Origin: Bacteroidota bacterium | GTDB lineage: Bacteria > Bacteroidota > Bacteroidia > Chitinophagales > Chitinophagaceae | NCBI GenBank assembly: GCA_039796395.1 | Contig: JBDKJW010000001.1 | Location: 1-40,021, forward strand | Direction of reading: 5' to 3' | DNA: 40,021 bases | Shown: in pieces, positions 19,106 to 28,136 of the stretch | Layout: each line of letters opens with the position of its first letter | Position numbering within the stretch: position 1 is the first letter of the stretch | The notes under the pieces: model-generated | Told to the model about the DNA's origin: nothing | Database searches by the model: none | What the model saw: only the letters and a program-made list of their open reading frames with translations | Made by a program: the position numbers and the translations under genes

Positions 19106-19642
19106 ATGCAAACAATTGAAAAAAATAACCGTATTGATGCTTCAATACCTATTGAAAATAGGGATACTGATTTTGAAGTTCGTTCTTTAGATACTATGTG
19201 TGTTAATGAATCACAAATATCAAATCCATGGTGGTATAATTTCAAATATATGATGGTGGGAATTATTTTCGGAATTGTTTTTGTAAAAGCGGAGATTATT
19301 TCTTGGTTTAGAATACAGGAAATGTTTCGCTTACAAAGTTTTCATATGTATGGAGTAATTGGTACAGCTGTGGTAGTTGGCATCATTTCGGTTTGGCTAA
19401 TTAAAAAATGTAAAGTGAAAACGATTCATGGTGAAAACATTTCATTTCATCCAAAGCAGTTTAGTAAAGGGCAAATTTATGGTGGACTCTTATTTGGCTT
19501 AGGATGGGCTGTAACCGGTGCTTGTCCCGGACCATTATTTGCTCAAATTGGGAGTGGTTTTTTGGTAACGATCATGGTTGTGCTAAGTGCAATAGCTGGA
19601 ACATGGACATATGGGTATTTTAGAGAGAAGCTTCCTCATTAA
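19106..19642 (+). CDS. YeeE/YedE family protein (second subunit)
   Basis: SWFRIQEMF and GGLLFGLGWAVTGACPGP. Confidence 0.88.
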   Translation: MQTIEKNNRIDASIPIENRDTDFEVRSLDTMCVNESQISNPWWYNFKYMMVGIIFGIVFVKAEIISWFRIQEMFRLQSFHMYGVIGTAVVVGIISVWLIKKCKVKTIHGENISFHPKQFSKGQIYGGLLFGLGWAVTGACPGPLFAQIGSGFLVTIMVVLSAIAGTWTYGYFREKLPH

Positions 19643-20877
19643 TAAGGGGCTGCCCAAATACAATCTTCGGATGGATATACTTTTTTTAAAGTACAGCACA
19701 TGCGAAAGTTAGCTAGTAAACCTGCTAGGGCGGTTAGTATAGCCATGAAGATTATAGCACTGCGCATACTTAATTGATCGGCCAAAATTCCGGCAACTAT
19801 AGCTCCAATAACATAGCCACCATCTCTCATAAAACGAAAAATACTTAGGCTTTCAGCCCGTTGAGTTGGATGTGTATTTTCTGCTACTACAGTTAAAAAA
19901 TTAGGGTATACCATTGCCGTTCCAATACCTAATGCAATTGAAGAAGCAATAAGTATGATATAATTGTTGGATAAAGCAAGTATACTTATTGCCAAGGCTT
20001 GTATACACATGCCAATTGTTATGATTTGTTTCTTGCAATAGGTATCACCCATTTTGCCTGTAAAAAGTTGCAATAAGCCCCATACAGTTGGATACACACC
20101 AGCAATAATGCCAATTTGAGATAAACTAAAATTTTTCTGCATTAATAATAGTGGTAATAAGCCCCACACCACTGCATCATTCATGTTATTTACCAATCCG
20201 TTCAACGATACAGATCCGATATTTTTATGGGCCCATGCGGTTTGAAGCCATACATTTTTAAAAATAGGTATTTTACTTTCTTTACTTTCTGCTTGTACAA
20301 AATGGGTTGTGTCTGAAATTAATAAAATAGAAATCAGCAAACCACTAATAGAAAATAGTAGTCCGGGTATAAATGGAAAATAGGCATAACCATAAGTACC
20401 AGCAATATGCGTAGCAAGATATGATGCGAGGCCAACAGCTAAATATCCTGCAAATTCATTTATACCCATTGCTAATCCACGGTTTTTTACACCTACAATA
20501 TCTATCTTCATTATCACGGTTGCAGACCAAGATAAACCCTGGTTAATACCAAGTAAAATATTTGCTAAGATAACCCACCACCAAGATTGTGCATACATGA
20601 GTAAAATGGGTACTGGCAGTGCAAATAACCATCCCGCAATTAAGATTTGTTTTCTGCTATACCATTTGGTTAGTTGCGCAACACTGTAATTGCCTATTGC
20701 TTTGGTTATGCCAAATGCCATAATAAAAGTAAGTATGGCTGTATGTGCATCTAACTTAAACACTTGCTCGCCTAAACTAGGTAATATGGCTCGTTCTAAA
20801 CCTAGCATGGCGCCAACAAATGCATTCACTAATACAAGTAAGTAAAATTGTTGTTTATTTTCACTCAATCCCTGCAT
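19639..20877 (-). CDS. MFS transporter
   Basis: About 12 hydrophobic helices with NAFVGAMLGLER, RGLAMGINEFAGY and GKMGDTYCKK loop motifs. Its stop overlaps the convergent YeeE gene. Confidence 0.9.
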   Translation of the reverse strand: MQGLSENKQQFYLLVLVNAFVGAMLGLERAILPSLGEQVFKLDAHTAILTFIMAFGITKAIGNYSVAQLTKWYSRKQILIAGWLFALPVPILLMYAQSWWWVILANILLGINQGLSWSATVIMKIDIVGVKNRGLAMGINEFAGYLAVGLASYLATHIAGTYGYAYFPFIPGLLFSISGLLISILLISDTTHFVQAESKESKIPIFKNVWLQTAWAHKNIGSVSLNGLVNNMNDAVVWGLLPLLLMQKNFSLSQIGIIAGVYPTVWGLLQLFTGKMGDTYCKKQIITIGMCIQALAISILALSNNYIILIASSIALGIGTAMVYPNFLTVVAENTHPTQRAESLSIFRFMRDGGYVIGAIVAGILADQLSMRSAIIFMAILTALAGLLANFRMCCTLKKVYPSEDCIWAAPY

Positions 20878-20900
20878 GTATCAAGTAATTTCCAGTAAAG

Positions 20901-21482
20901 TTACTTAATCATATGCGGCACATTAGCATTTAATTTGCCTTCAATTACTATTTTCATCATATTGCCTATTTCGCTTACTCTTGCAGGATGTAATGAGCGT
21001 AGTGCACTCAATAGCTCAGATGCGTTTTTATAGTATATAGCTTTTTGGGATGTTATAGCTATATTGGCTTCGCTTGCATAAGCAAGGATTGGCAGTTGCA
21101 GGTACATAGATTCAGCTAATGCAGTGTTTCTCGTAGATAGATGATTAGGCTCGATATAAATATAGCAATTAGATCTTAGCATATTCAGTACGCGCTCTTG
21201 AATAGTTGCATCTAATAAATGTACCGATTGTTGTTGGTGATATTTGAAATACAATGCTTCGGCATAGCTATTAGCAAACCAATTGCCACTGATTACAAGT
21301 GGGAAACTTGTAAACCTTTCGAAAAGATCTAGTAATATATGGATATCATTTGCGGGTTCTATACTGGCCTGCGTAAAGGCATATCTGCCATAAAGGAAGG
21401 GATAGGAAGCTGGATCTTTTTGTTGAACAGATTCATATTTACAATGCGATTCTAGCCATTCTCTTCGGGGGATATAGTTCAT
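20901..21482 (-). CDS. Stand-alone degenerate GT4 C-terminal (nucleotide-sugar binding) domain
   Basis: SIEPAND, LVISGNW, LRSNCYIYI and LAESMYLQLPILAY resemble the C-terminal half of DUF1972-type glycosyltransferases. Only 193 aa. Confidence 0.6.
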   Translation of the reverse strand: MNYIPRREWLESHCKYESVQQKDPASYPFLYGRYAFTQASIEPANDIHILLDLFERFTSFPLVISGNWFANSYAEALYFKYHQQQSVHLLDATIQERVLNMLRSNCYIYIEPNHLSTRNTALAESMYLQLPILAYASEANIAITSQKAIYYKNASELLSALRSLHPARVSEIGNMMKIVIEGKLNANVPHMIK

Positions 21483-21502
21483 TACATGTATAAAATTTGT
21501 AG

Positions 21503-22639
21503 CTAGGCAGCTTGGTGATCAAGTACTTTTTCATAAACGTGAATATGTTCCTCGGCAATATGATTCCATTGAAATTTCTCGCTTACCATTCGATATGCAT
21601 TTCTTCTTTTATGATCCCATTGATAACTCCGGATATCAGTATATGTTTTCAACAGTATTTTCGCTAATGCATTGGGCGTATTCTGGTCAAGTACATATCC
21701 GGCATCATATTGCGTAATAAACTCACCCATGTTGGTTGCCTTTGATACAATAATTGGTACCGAAGATGAAGCTGCTTCTAAAATGGCAGAAGGGAAATGC
21801 TCAATTCTTGATGGTCTTACAAAAACATCAATTTTACCCAACATTTCAAATTTCCTTAATCCATATACACTGCCTTTAAATGATACATACTGTTTGATGC
21901 CTAGGTCATTGGCTAATTCATAGAGTATTTGCTTATCGTTGCCATCGCCTATAATCCAAAGCACCCCCTTTTCAAAATATTTGTTTTTATATTCAGCAAA
22001 TGCTTGCAATAAAATATCTAAACCCTTTGCATGAATATCTAGCTTACCACAAAAACCAAATACTGGATCTTCATTTCGTTTGATCTTTGGCGGAATAAGT
22101 CTATTTTCATTCGTTAATCCATTGGGTATAAGTACCAGTTTACCTTCAACATTGTTTTTAGTTTCATACAGTAATACTTTTTCATTGGCGCCTGTGATAT
22201 GTAATACAGACGACCAACGAATGAGCATTTGCTCAAATAATTTAAAATACATTTTTCGTATTAGGCCACGCTCTTTAATTTCCTCATTAATATACATGCC
22301 ATAGGTTGTATAAACAAATGGAATATTTTTTTTCTTTAGATGATAAGCTACAGTGAAGTAAACAGGAACAAAACTTCCATGCAAGTGTACGATGGTTCCT
22401 TTTTTTAAATGTTGAATAGCTAGATTGATTTCTTTTGTTGTATTCCAGATCAACTGCTTTGCAGGGAACAAGATCGTTTTATATGTTTTTTGCTGAAATT
22501 CATCATGCGGTGTTTCTGATATATCCCAAAGTTTAACGCTATATCCGAGCCGCGCTTGTTCAGTAGCTAAATTATTAATAGCAACAACCATCGCATTATT
22601 GTTGGCTAGGTTCCCCGAAACCAAATGAATAATCTCCAT
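21503..22639 (-). CDS. Glycosyltransferase family 4
   Basis: VHLHG, IPNG, KGLDILL, IIGDG and PSRIEHFPSAILEA (EX7E). Confidence 0.9.
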   Translation of the reverse strand: MEIIHLVSGNLANNNAMVVAINNLATEQARLGYSVKLWDISETPHDEFQQKTYKTILFPAKQLIWNTTKEINLAIQHLKKGTIVHLHGSFVPVYFTVAYHLKKKNIPFVYTTYGMYINEEIKERGLIRKMYFKLFEQMLIRWSSVLHITGANEKVLLYETKNNVEGKLVLIPNGLTNENRLIPPKIKRNEDPVFGFCGKLDIHAKGLDILLQAFAEYKNKYFEKGVLWIIGDGNDKQILYELANDLGIKQYVSFKGSVYGLRKFEMLGKIDVFVRPSRIEHFPSAILEAASSSVPIIVSKATNMGEFITQYDAGYVLDQNTPNALAKILLKTYTDIRSYQWDHKRRNAYRMVSEKFQWNHIAEEHIHVYEKVLDHQAA

Positions 22640-22697
22640 ATTTTAGTTCTATTTTGTTAGATTCAAAGTGGGGTGGTTGAATCTCGTAAATAAGAAC

Positions 22698-22713
22698 TGC
22701 TAATGGTATGCCA
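22698..22713 (-). promoter_or_regulatory. Sigma-54 (-24/-12) promoter for the GT4 genes
   Basis: Minus strand reads TGGCATACCATTAGCA with correct GG-N10-GC spacing. Confidence 0.75.
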
Positions 22714-22740
22714 GTCTGATTTATCAGGTATTTAATTGAT

Positions 22741-22753
22741 AATCAAGTAGTTA
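22741..22753 (+). promoter_or_regulatory. IHF-type DNA bending site
   Basis: AATCAAGTAGTTA is an exact match to WATCAA-N4-TTR and lies between the sigma-54 core and the upstream motif. Confidence 0.6.
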
Positions 22754-22758
22754 GTTAT

Positions 22759-22792
22759 ATTCTATTTTGGGATAAATTCCATAAATGGGAAT
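22759..22792 (-). promoter_or_regulatory. Candidate tandem enhancer (UAS) for the NtrC-type activator
   Basis: Minus strand ATTCCCATTTATGGAAT-TTA-TCCCAAAATAGAAT. The same arrangement occurs at 26667-26702. Confidence 0.65.
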
Positions 22793-22795
22793 TGT

Positions 22796-25243
22796 TTATA
22801 TCGATGGGACTAGATTATTTTTTGGGAAATCATGTTGTAATGCAATCATTACTTTTTTAGAGGTACTGCATATTTTGTCTAAGAGTTGATGAAGTTGCTC
22901 TTCGTTTGGATGGCTTTTGGCTAGTTGCTCTACCATCCGAATTGTTGATTTAAGTGATTGGATACCCATACCATCAAAACTAGATTTCATTCGATGGGCA
23001 GTTTGATGCACCATCAACCAATTTTTTTCGATTACTGCTTTTTCTAATAAAGCAATATCTGCTGGGGCTGTACTTAAAAAAAGCGACACCATTTTTTCAA
23101 TGAATTGGGGCTTACCCCTTCCTGATCTGTTTAATGTAGTGGCATCATATAAGGTTACATCTTTTTTTTCACAAACCTGAAGTATTGTTTTAATGAGTAC
23201 GTCTTCTGTGAATGGCTTAGGAATAAATGCTTGCATGCCAGCAGCTAAATAAGTAGCTATATCTTTTTCATGAACATTTGCCGTAAGTGCAATGATGGGA
23301 ATATTGGCTTTTTGTGTGTTTGCAAGTGAACGAATTTTTTTTGTGGCGGAGATGCCATCCATTTCGGGCATAGCAATATCCATCAGTACAACATCATAGT
23401 GTTCTTTTTGCACACATGTAATAGCAGCCATACCAGTCTCAACAATTTTTGTAGTGGCGCCATAAGCATGTAAGTATTCTTCGGCGATAAAACTATTTAA
23501 TGCGCCATCTTCCGCAATCAATATTTTTTTTCCATTCATTTCATCACCATGGATGGTATACGTATTCCTTTCCTTTGGATCGGTATTGGCTATGTTATAA
23601 GGAAGGATTATTTCGAAACTTGTACCTTTTTCTGGTATACTACTAACGGTAAGCGTACCACCATGTAAGTCAACTAAATTCTTGCAAATACTTAGGCCTA
23701 ATCCTGTTCCACCAAATTGCCTAGTTGTGGTTTCATTTGCTTGTACAAATGGTAAGAAGATAGTATTTAGTTTTTCTTTGGGGATACCTATACCCGTATC
23801 TTTTACACGTATATGTAATAGTAATTTATCTTTTTCAGTAGTGGTTTTTACATGTACAGTTACCCCACCATGTAAAGTAAATTTGATGGCGTTCCCAATT
23901 AAATTATTGAGTATTTGGTTCAGTCTATGCGGATCGCCTTGTAAAGTAAAGTTCTGAAAAGCTGATTTTGTGAGACGCAGATAAATTTTTTTCTCTTTTG
24001 CTTTATATTTCAATGCAGATAGTGTTGCACTAATTTGTGTAATAGGATTGAATGGTATTTTTTCTAATTCAATTTTACCTGCAGCCATTTTTTGTATATT
24101 CAAGATATCGTTTACTACCACTAGAAGCTCTTCTGCAGTTGTATCCATCAATGTTGTTAGCTTTTTTTGTTGTGGTGTTAATTTTGTTTTTTGTAACAGC
24201 TTTGTGAGTCCGATGATACCATTCATCGGTGTTCTAATTTCATGACTCATATTTGCAAGAAAAGCTTCTTTTGCTTTAGCGGCTTCTTCTGTTACAAATT
24301 TTGCTTTTAAGATGGCTTGCTCAGCTTTTACCCTTTCTGTAATATTGGTTGTGTAGCTGATCAACATGGTTATCTCATTATTATGGTCTACAATCGGGTA
24401 TAAGTGACGTAAAAAATGTTCTTCAATACCAAACTCATTTATTTTTGTTTCTTCTACTGAGCCCATTTCTTTTTTTCGGATTACTTTATTAAAAAGGGCT
24501 CTATAGGCACCCGCATCTTCCCAACCGGAATTGTTATTTGTTTTTTCTTGTTTCCCAATCATCCATTCTATTACCCACTTTCTTAAATCAGCGTCTTTTA
24601 TAGCAATCGGATTTAAGAATAACTCTGCATGTTCAGGATTAAAAACAGCAATATCAGCAGGCATTTTGCTGAGTATATTTTCATATAGATGTTTTTGCGT
24701 TTGTATTTTTTTTTCTAAGCTGTTTTTTTCGGTTGAATTGTGATAATACCAGATATGACCCTTATATGTACCCTGCTGAAAAATGGGCATATAATCGCGC
24801 TCTAACACAACCCCCGATTTTAGTTCAATAATATCACTTCTAATTTCTTCTCTATTATTTAGTATTTCATTGGTTCGTTGGAGGAAGTAGGTATAATTGA
24901 CAAATAAGGAAGGAGTGAATAACTTTTTTTGAAACAAATCATTTCCTATTATGCTGCTTGGTAAACTAACTATATCAAATAGTTTACAAAATGCGGTGTT
25001 AATTGTTACAACTAAACCACTTTCATTTTCTATTAAAATACCTGTTTGTAAGTGTGCAGTAATACTATCAATTAATGCAGGTTGAATAGCAGAGGATAGA
25101 TGATGAGCATCTTCTTTTTGTTTCTGTATTACTTGTGCTAGCTCTTTTTGTTTTTCTTGTAGCTTTCTTTCTGCGGCATAGCGAGCAGCCTTTTCCATCT
25201 CAAGTGCGGCTTCTAATAGTGATATATCAGTATTGGATTCCAT
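22796..25243 (-). CDS. Cytoplasmic hybrid sensor histidine kinase (coiled coil-PAS-PAS-HisKA-HATPase-REC-Hpt)
   Basis: FLANMSHEIRTPMNG, NLIGNAIKFT, DTGIGI, GGTGLGL, receiver LMDIAMPEMDG and Hpt AHRMKSS. Start placed at ATG25243, next to the upstream stop. Confidence 0.93.
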   Translation of the reverse strand: MESNTDISLLEAALEMEKAARYAAERKLQEKQKELAQVIQKQKEDAHHLSSAIQPALIDSITAHLQTGILIENESGLVVTINTAFCKLFDIVSLPSSIIGNDLFQKKLFTPSLFVNYTYFLQRTNEILNNREEIRSDIIELKSGVVLERDYMPIFQQGTYKGHIWYYHNSTEKNSLEKKIQTQKHLYENILSKMPADIAVFNPEHAELFLNPIAIKDADLRKWVIEWMIGKQEKTNNNSGWEDAGAYRALFNKVIRKKEMGSVEETKINEFGIEEHFLRHLYPIVDHNNEITMLISYTTNITERVKAEQAILKAKFVTEEAAKAKEAFLANMSHEIRTPMNGIIGLTKLLQKTKLTPQQKKLTTLMDTTAEELLVVVNDILNIQKMAAGKIELEKIPFNPITQISATLSALKYKAKEKKIYLRLTKSAFQNFTLQGDPHRLNQILNNLIGNAIKFTLHGGVTVHVKTTTEKDKLLLHIRVKDTGIGIPKEKLNTIFLPFVQANETTTRQFGGTGLGLSICKNLVDLHGGTLTVSSIPEKGTSFEIILPYNIANTDPKERNTYTIHGDEMNGKKILIAEDGALNSFIAEEYLHAYGATTKIVETGMAAITCVQKEHYDVVLMDIAMPEMDGISATKKIRSLANTQKANIPIIALTANVHEKDIATYLAAGMQAFIPKPFTEDVLIKTILQVCEKKDVTLYDATTLNRSGRGKPQFIEKMVSLFLSTAPADIALLEKAVIEKNWLMVHQTAHRMKSSFDGMGIQSLKSTIRMVEQLAKSHPNEEQLHQLLDKICSTSKKVMIALQHDFPKNNLVPSI

Positions 25244-25244
25244 A

Positions 25245-26606
25245 TTAGCGTACGGCAATTTCACCGTTTTGTAACATTCGATAAATAGTTGATTTGCCAA
25301 TATCAAGTTTCTTTGAAACCAGCATTACATCTTGGTCGTATTTATTTAAAAAGTACTGAATAATCTGCGTTTCATATTCTCGGAGAGATGTTTCTTTATT
25401 CAATAGGTTACCAAAATTAGTTACCGTTTCTAGGTTAATATCATGTGCGTAGATATTTTGATCGTCACTCATCACTGTGGCCAATTCCATTAATGATTTT
25501 AATTCACGAACATTCCCCGGAAAATGGTATGATTTTAGTTTTTGCTGTGCTTCTTGCGTTAGAGATTTTATTGGAATGCGGTTGTCTGTACAAAAACTTT
25601 GTATAAAATATTTTGCTAGTATGAGAATATCATTACCTCGCTCTCTCAAGGGGGGTAATTCTATGGGTAAGCCTAGTAGACGATAATACAAATCTTCCCT
25701 AAACTGTTTATTTGATACTTCCGTTAGCAAATTTCTATGGGTAGCTACAATAATGCGTACATCTATTGGTACAACAGCATTTCCGCCCACTCTTGTAATT
25801 TCTCTTTCCTGAAGCACCCGTAGTAATTTAGCTTGTAAGTACATGTCCATTTCACCAATTTCATCCAAGAAAATGGTTCCTTTATTTGCTTCTTCAAACT
25901 TTCCGATGCGCCTACCTGCTGCACCAGTAAAAGCACCTTTTTCATGGCCGAATAGCTCGGTTTCTAATAACTCCTTTGGGATAGCTGCTACATTAATTGC
26001 AATAAAAGGATATTTGTGCCGGCCTGAATTATAATGAATTGCTTTTGCAACCATTTCCTTGCCAGTACCGGTTTCGCCCGTTATAGAGACTGTAATACTT
26101 GTTTTTGTAGCTTTTTCTATAAGTGCAAATACTTTTTTTATGGCGTCACTTTGTCCAATAATTACTTTTGAAAAGTCATATGTTTTTTTCAATTCATCCT
26201 TTAATATTTCTACTTCTTTTTTTAAACCTTTAATTTCTTGTAAATGAATTAGTGTATTCCATAAACGATCTTTTGTGTCATCATCTTTTACGATATAGTC
26301 GAAAGCCCCTAGTTTCAATAGTTCAACCGCAGTAGCAATATCTTCCTGACCAGAAATCATGATCACTTCCGTATCTGGATTAGTTGTTTTAATTTTTTTG
26401 AGCACTTTATTTCCATCTTGCTCTGTAAGCGTATAATCGAGCGTAACAACATCGGGGTTTTCATGCAAACGACTAAAAAAATCTTTTTCAGTTTCAAATT
26501 TTGTTACCTGATAGTCGGGGTTTAAACTAAGATAATGCTCTAGCATAGTACCATACCAGAGATCATCTTCAAGTATAAAAATTTTCAGTGGCTTAGTTGC
26601 TTTCAT
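25245..26606 (-). CDS. Sigma-54-dependent response regulator (NtrC family)
   Basis: REC (LEDD, TLDY, ISG), Walker A GETGTGKE, GAFTGA, FLDEIGE, FPGNVREL and a Fis-type HTH. Confidence 0.96.
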   Translation of the reverse strand: MKATKPLKIFILEDDLWYGTMLEHYLSLNPDYQVTKFETEKDFFSRLHENPDVVTLDYTLTEQDGNKVLKKIKTTNPDTEVIMISGQEDIATAVELLKLGAFDYIVKDDDTKDRLWNTLIHLQEIKGLKKEVEILKDELKKTYDFSKVIIGQSDAIKKVFALIEKATKTSITVSITGETGTGKEMVAKAIHYNSGRHKYPFIAINVAAIPKELLETELFGHEKGAFTGAAGRRIGKFEEANKGTIFLDEIGEMDMYLQAKLLRVLQEREITRVGGNAVVPIDVRIIVATHRNLLTEVSNKQFREDLYYRLLGLPIELPPLRERGNDILILAKYFIQSFCTDNRIPIKSLTQEAQQKLKSYHFPGNVRELKSLMELATVMSDDQNIYAHDINLETVTNFGNLLNKETSLREYETQIIQYFLNKYDQDVMLVSKKLDIGKSTIYRMLQNGEIAVR

Positions 26607-26666
26607 CGTAACTATTTAATTATATAAGTACAATGTAGCAGTGTGCGTTGGAAAAAAATGTAAGAA

Positions 26667-26702
26667 AATCCCAAAAATGGAATGCTCTCCCAAAATTGTG
26701 AA
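26667..26702 (+). promoter_or_regulatory. Candidate tandem enhancer (UAS), second copy
   Basis: AATCCCAAAAATGGAAT-GCTC-TCCCAAAATTGTGAA. Confidence 0.6.
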
Positions 26703-26755
26703 AATCACTACAAAGAAAAAAAGCATAAACTATTGAAAATCAACGTTTGTAACTG

Positions 26756-26770
26756 TGGCATGATATTTAA
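26756..26770 (+). promoter_or_regulatory. Candidate sigma-54 promoter for the small ORF and PAS-DHp-REC genes
   Basis: TGGCATGATATTTAA has a good -24 element and a non-consensus -12. An IHF-like TTGAAAATCAA tract and the shared upstream motif precede it. Confidence 0.55.
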
Positions 26771-26791
26771 TAATCTTATGAAACAATAAGT

Positions 26792-26998
26792 ATGAGTCAG
26801 AAAGAGCCATATAGATCAATTTTAGTTTCATATGCCTTACTGAGTATTTTTCAATTCGTGCAGTTTTTAGGAAAAATCTTTTCTGTTCATAATCTAAAAC
26901 TGTTTTTCATAAAGCTTCTTATAACTATTTATGTGCTCCTTTGGTTGTTTTCTTACTTCCGTTCTTGGTATAGTACTTTAGAACAATTTAAGCATTAA
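26792..26998 (+). CDS. Small putative membrane protein (68 aa)
   Basis: ATG start just downstream of the candidate promoter, two hydrophobic stretches, and a stop 13 nt before the next gene. Confidence 0.5.
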   Translation: MSQKEPYRSILVSYALLSIFQFVQFLGKIFSVHNLKLFFIKLLITIYVLLWLFSYFRSWYSTLEQFKH

Positions 26999-27011
26999 AC
27001 ATATTACACCC

Positions 27012-28091
27012 ATGTACACCGACAACAATCTTTTTCCGAATCGTGTTAACCAGCATGCATTACTAGAAACGGTATTTCATAAACTACCGGATATGGTTTT
27101 TGTGTTTGATGTGCGCGATAAAAAGTTTATAGTGCGTAATTCAGTATTAAATCAAGTACTCGGCTTTTCGGAATTAGGCGGTGAAGATATAAATTGTATT
27201 TCCCTTAAGTCAATAACACATCCGGATGATTGGTGTATTGTTCAAAATGCGTTGAAAGCTTCAATGAGCATGGGTGTAGACGAAATGCAGGAAGTAGAAA
27301 CAAGGTGTAAGACGAAAAAAGGGAATTATTTATATTTTCATACACGATTATTTGTTTTTGAGCGTAGTGGGTCAGACGTTTTATACTTGTTAGGTATTAC
27401 CCAAGATATCACGGAGCGAAAATATACTGAACTCCAAACAGAAAAATACAAATCCAGGCTGCAAGAACTTTCGTTTATTACTTCGCACGAGATGCGTCAT
27501 GAGTATGCCAAAATTCAATCGATTGTTAACTTGCTCGATAATCGATTTATCACGGATGCAGAGCGTCTTGATTTAATAGCGGAAGCAAAAAAGTCGATAC
27601 AGTTGATAAACTCCTCAATTTTTAAATTGAATCACAAACTATCTTTCAATCAAAATGATGGTTTTTTTGAGAATGGTAAAGAAGGTGGTGGTTATAATCG
27701 TATCATTTTTGTGGATGATGATGTATTAACAAACGTGTTGAATAAAAAAATTGTTCAAGCACTTCTGCCCGAGATGCAGGTAGAAGTATTTCTAGATATT
27801 GATGAGGCACTTTCATATTTGAAGCAAGCGGAAAATCTTCAAGAGTCACTTGTATTTCTGGATATAAATTTTCCCGGCAGGGGTGGCTGGGAATTTTTAA
27901 ATGATTACAGTGCATTTTCCGCTGCTTCAAATGTGATTGTGCTTTCATCATCTATTGATAATCGGGATAGGGAAAGGGCTCGGGGCTACAAATCGGTGAT
28001 CGATTACATTACAAAGCCGCTTTCATTCGATTTTATTAAAACTTTTTTTGAAGAGCTGAAATCGGTTAGTAGCGTTGGGGTAGACAGATAA
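27012..28091 (+). CDS. PAS-DHp(HisKA-like)-receiver protein lacking a HATPase domain
   Basis: PAS (ITHPDD...QDITERK), H-box LSFITSHEMRHEY, then REC (FVDDD, FLDINFP, LSSS, TKPL). No N/G1/F/G2 boxes. Confidence 0.85.
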   Translation: MYTDNNLFPNRVNQHALLETVFHKLPDMVFVFDVRDKKFIVRNSVLNQVLGFSELGGEDINCISLKSITHPDDWCIVQNALKASMSMGVDEMQEVETRCKTKKGNYLYFHTRLFVFERSGSDVLYLLGITQDITERKYTELQTEKYKSRLQELSFITSHEMRHEYAKIQSIVNLLDNRFITDAERLDLIAEAKKSIQLINSSIFKLNHKLSFNQNDGFFENGKEGGGYNRIIFVDDDVLTNVLNKKIVQALLPEMQVEVFLDIDEALSYLKQAENLQESLVFLDINFPGRGGWEFLNDYSAFSAASNVIVLSSSIDNRDRERARGYKSVIDYITKPLSFDFIKTFFEELKSVSSVGVDR

Positions 28092-28136
28092 TTTCCTTTA
28101 CCTTAGCATTTGTTATACTTTTAATAGGCAGATGCT

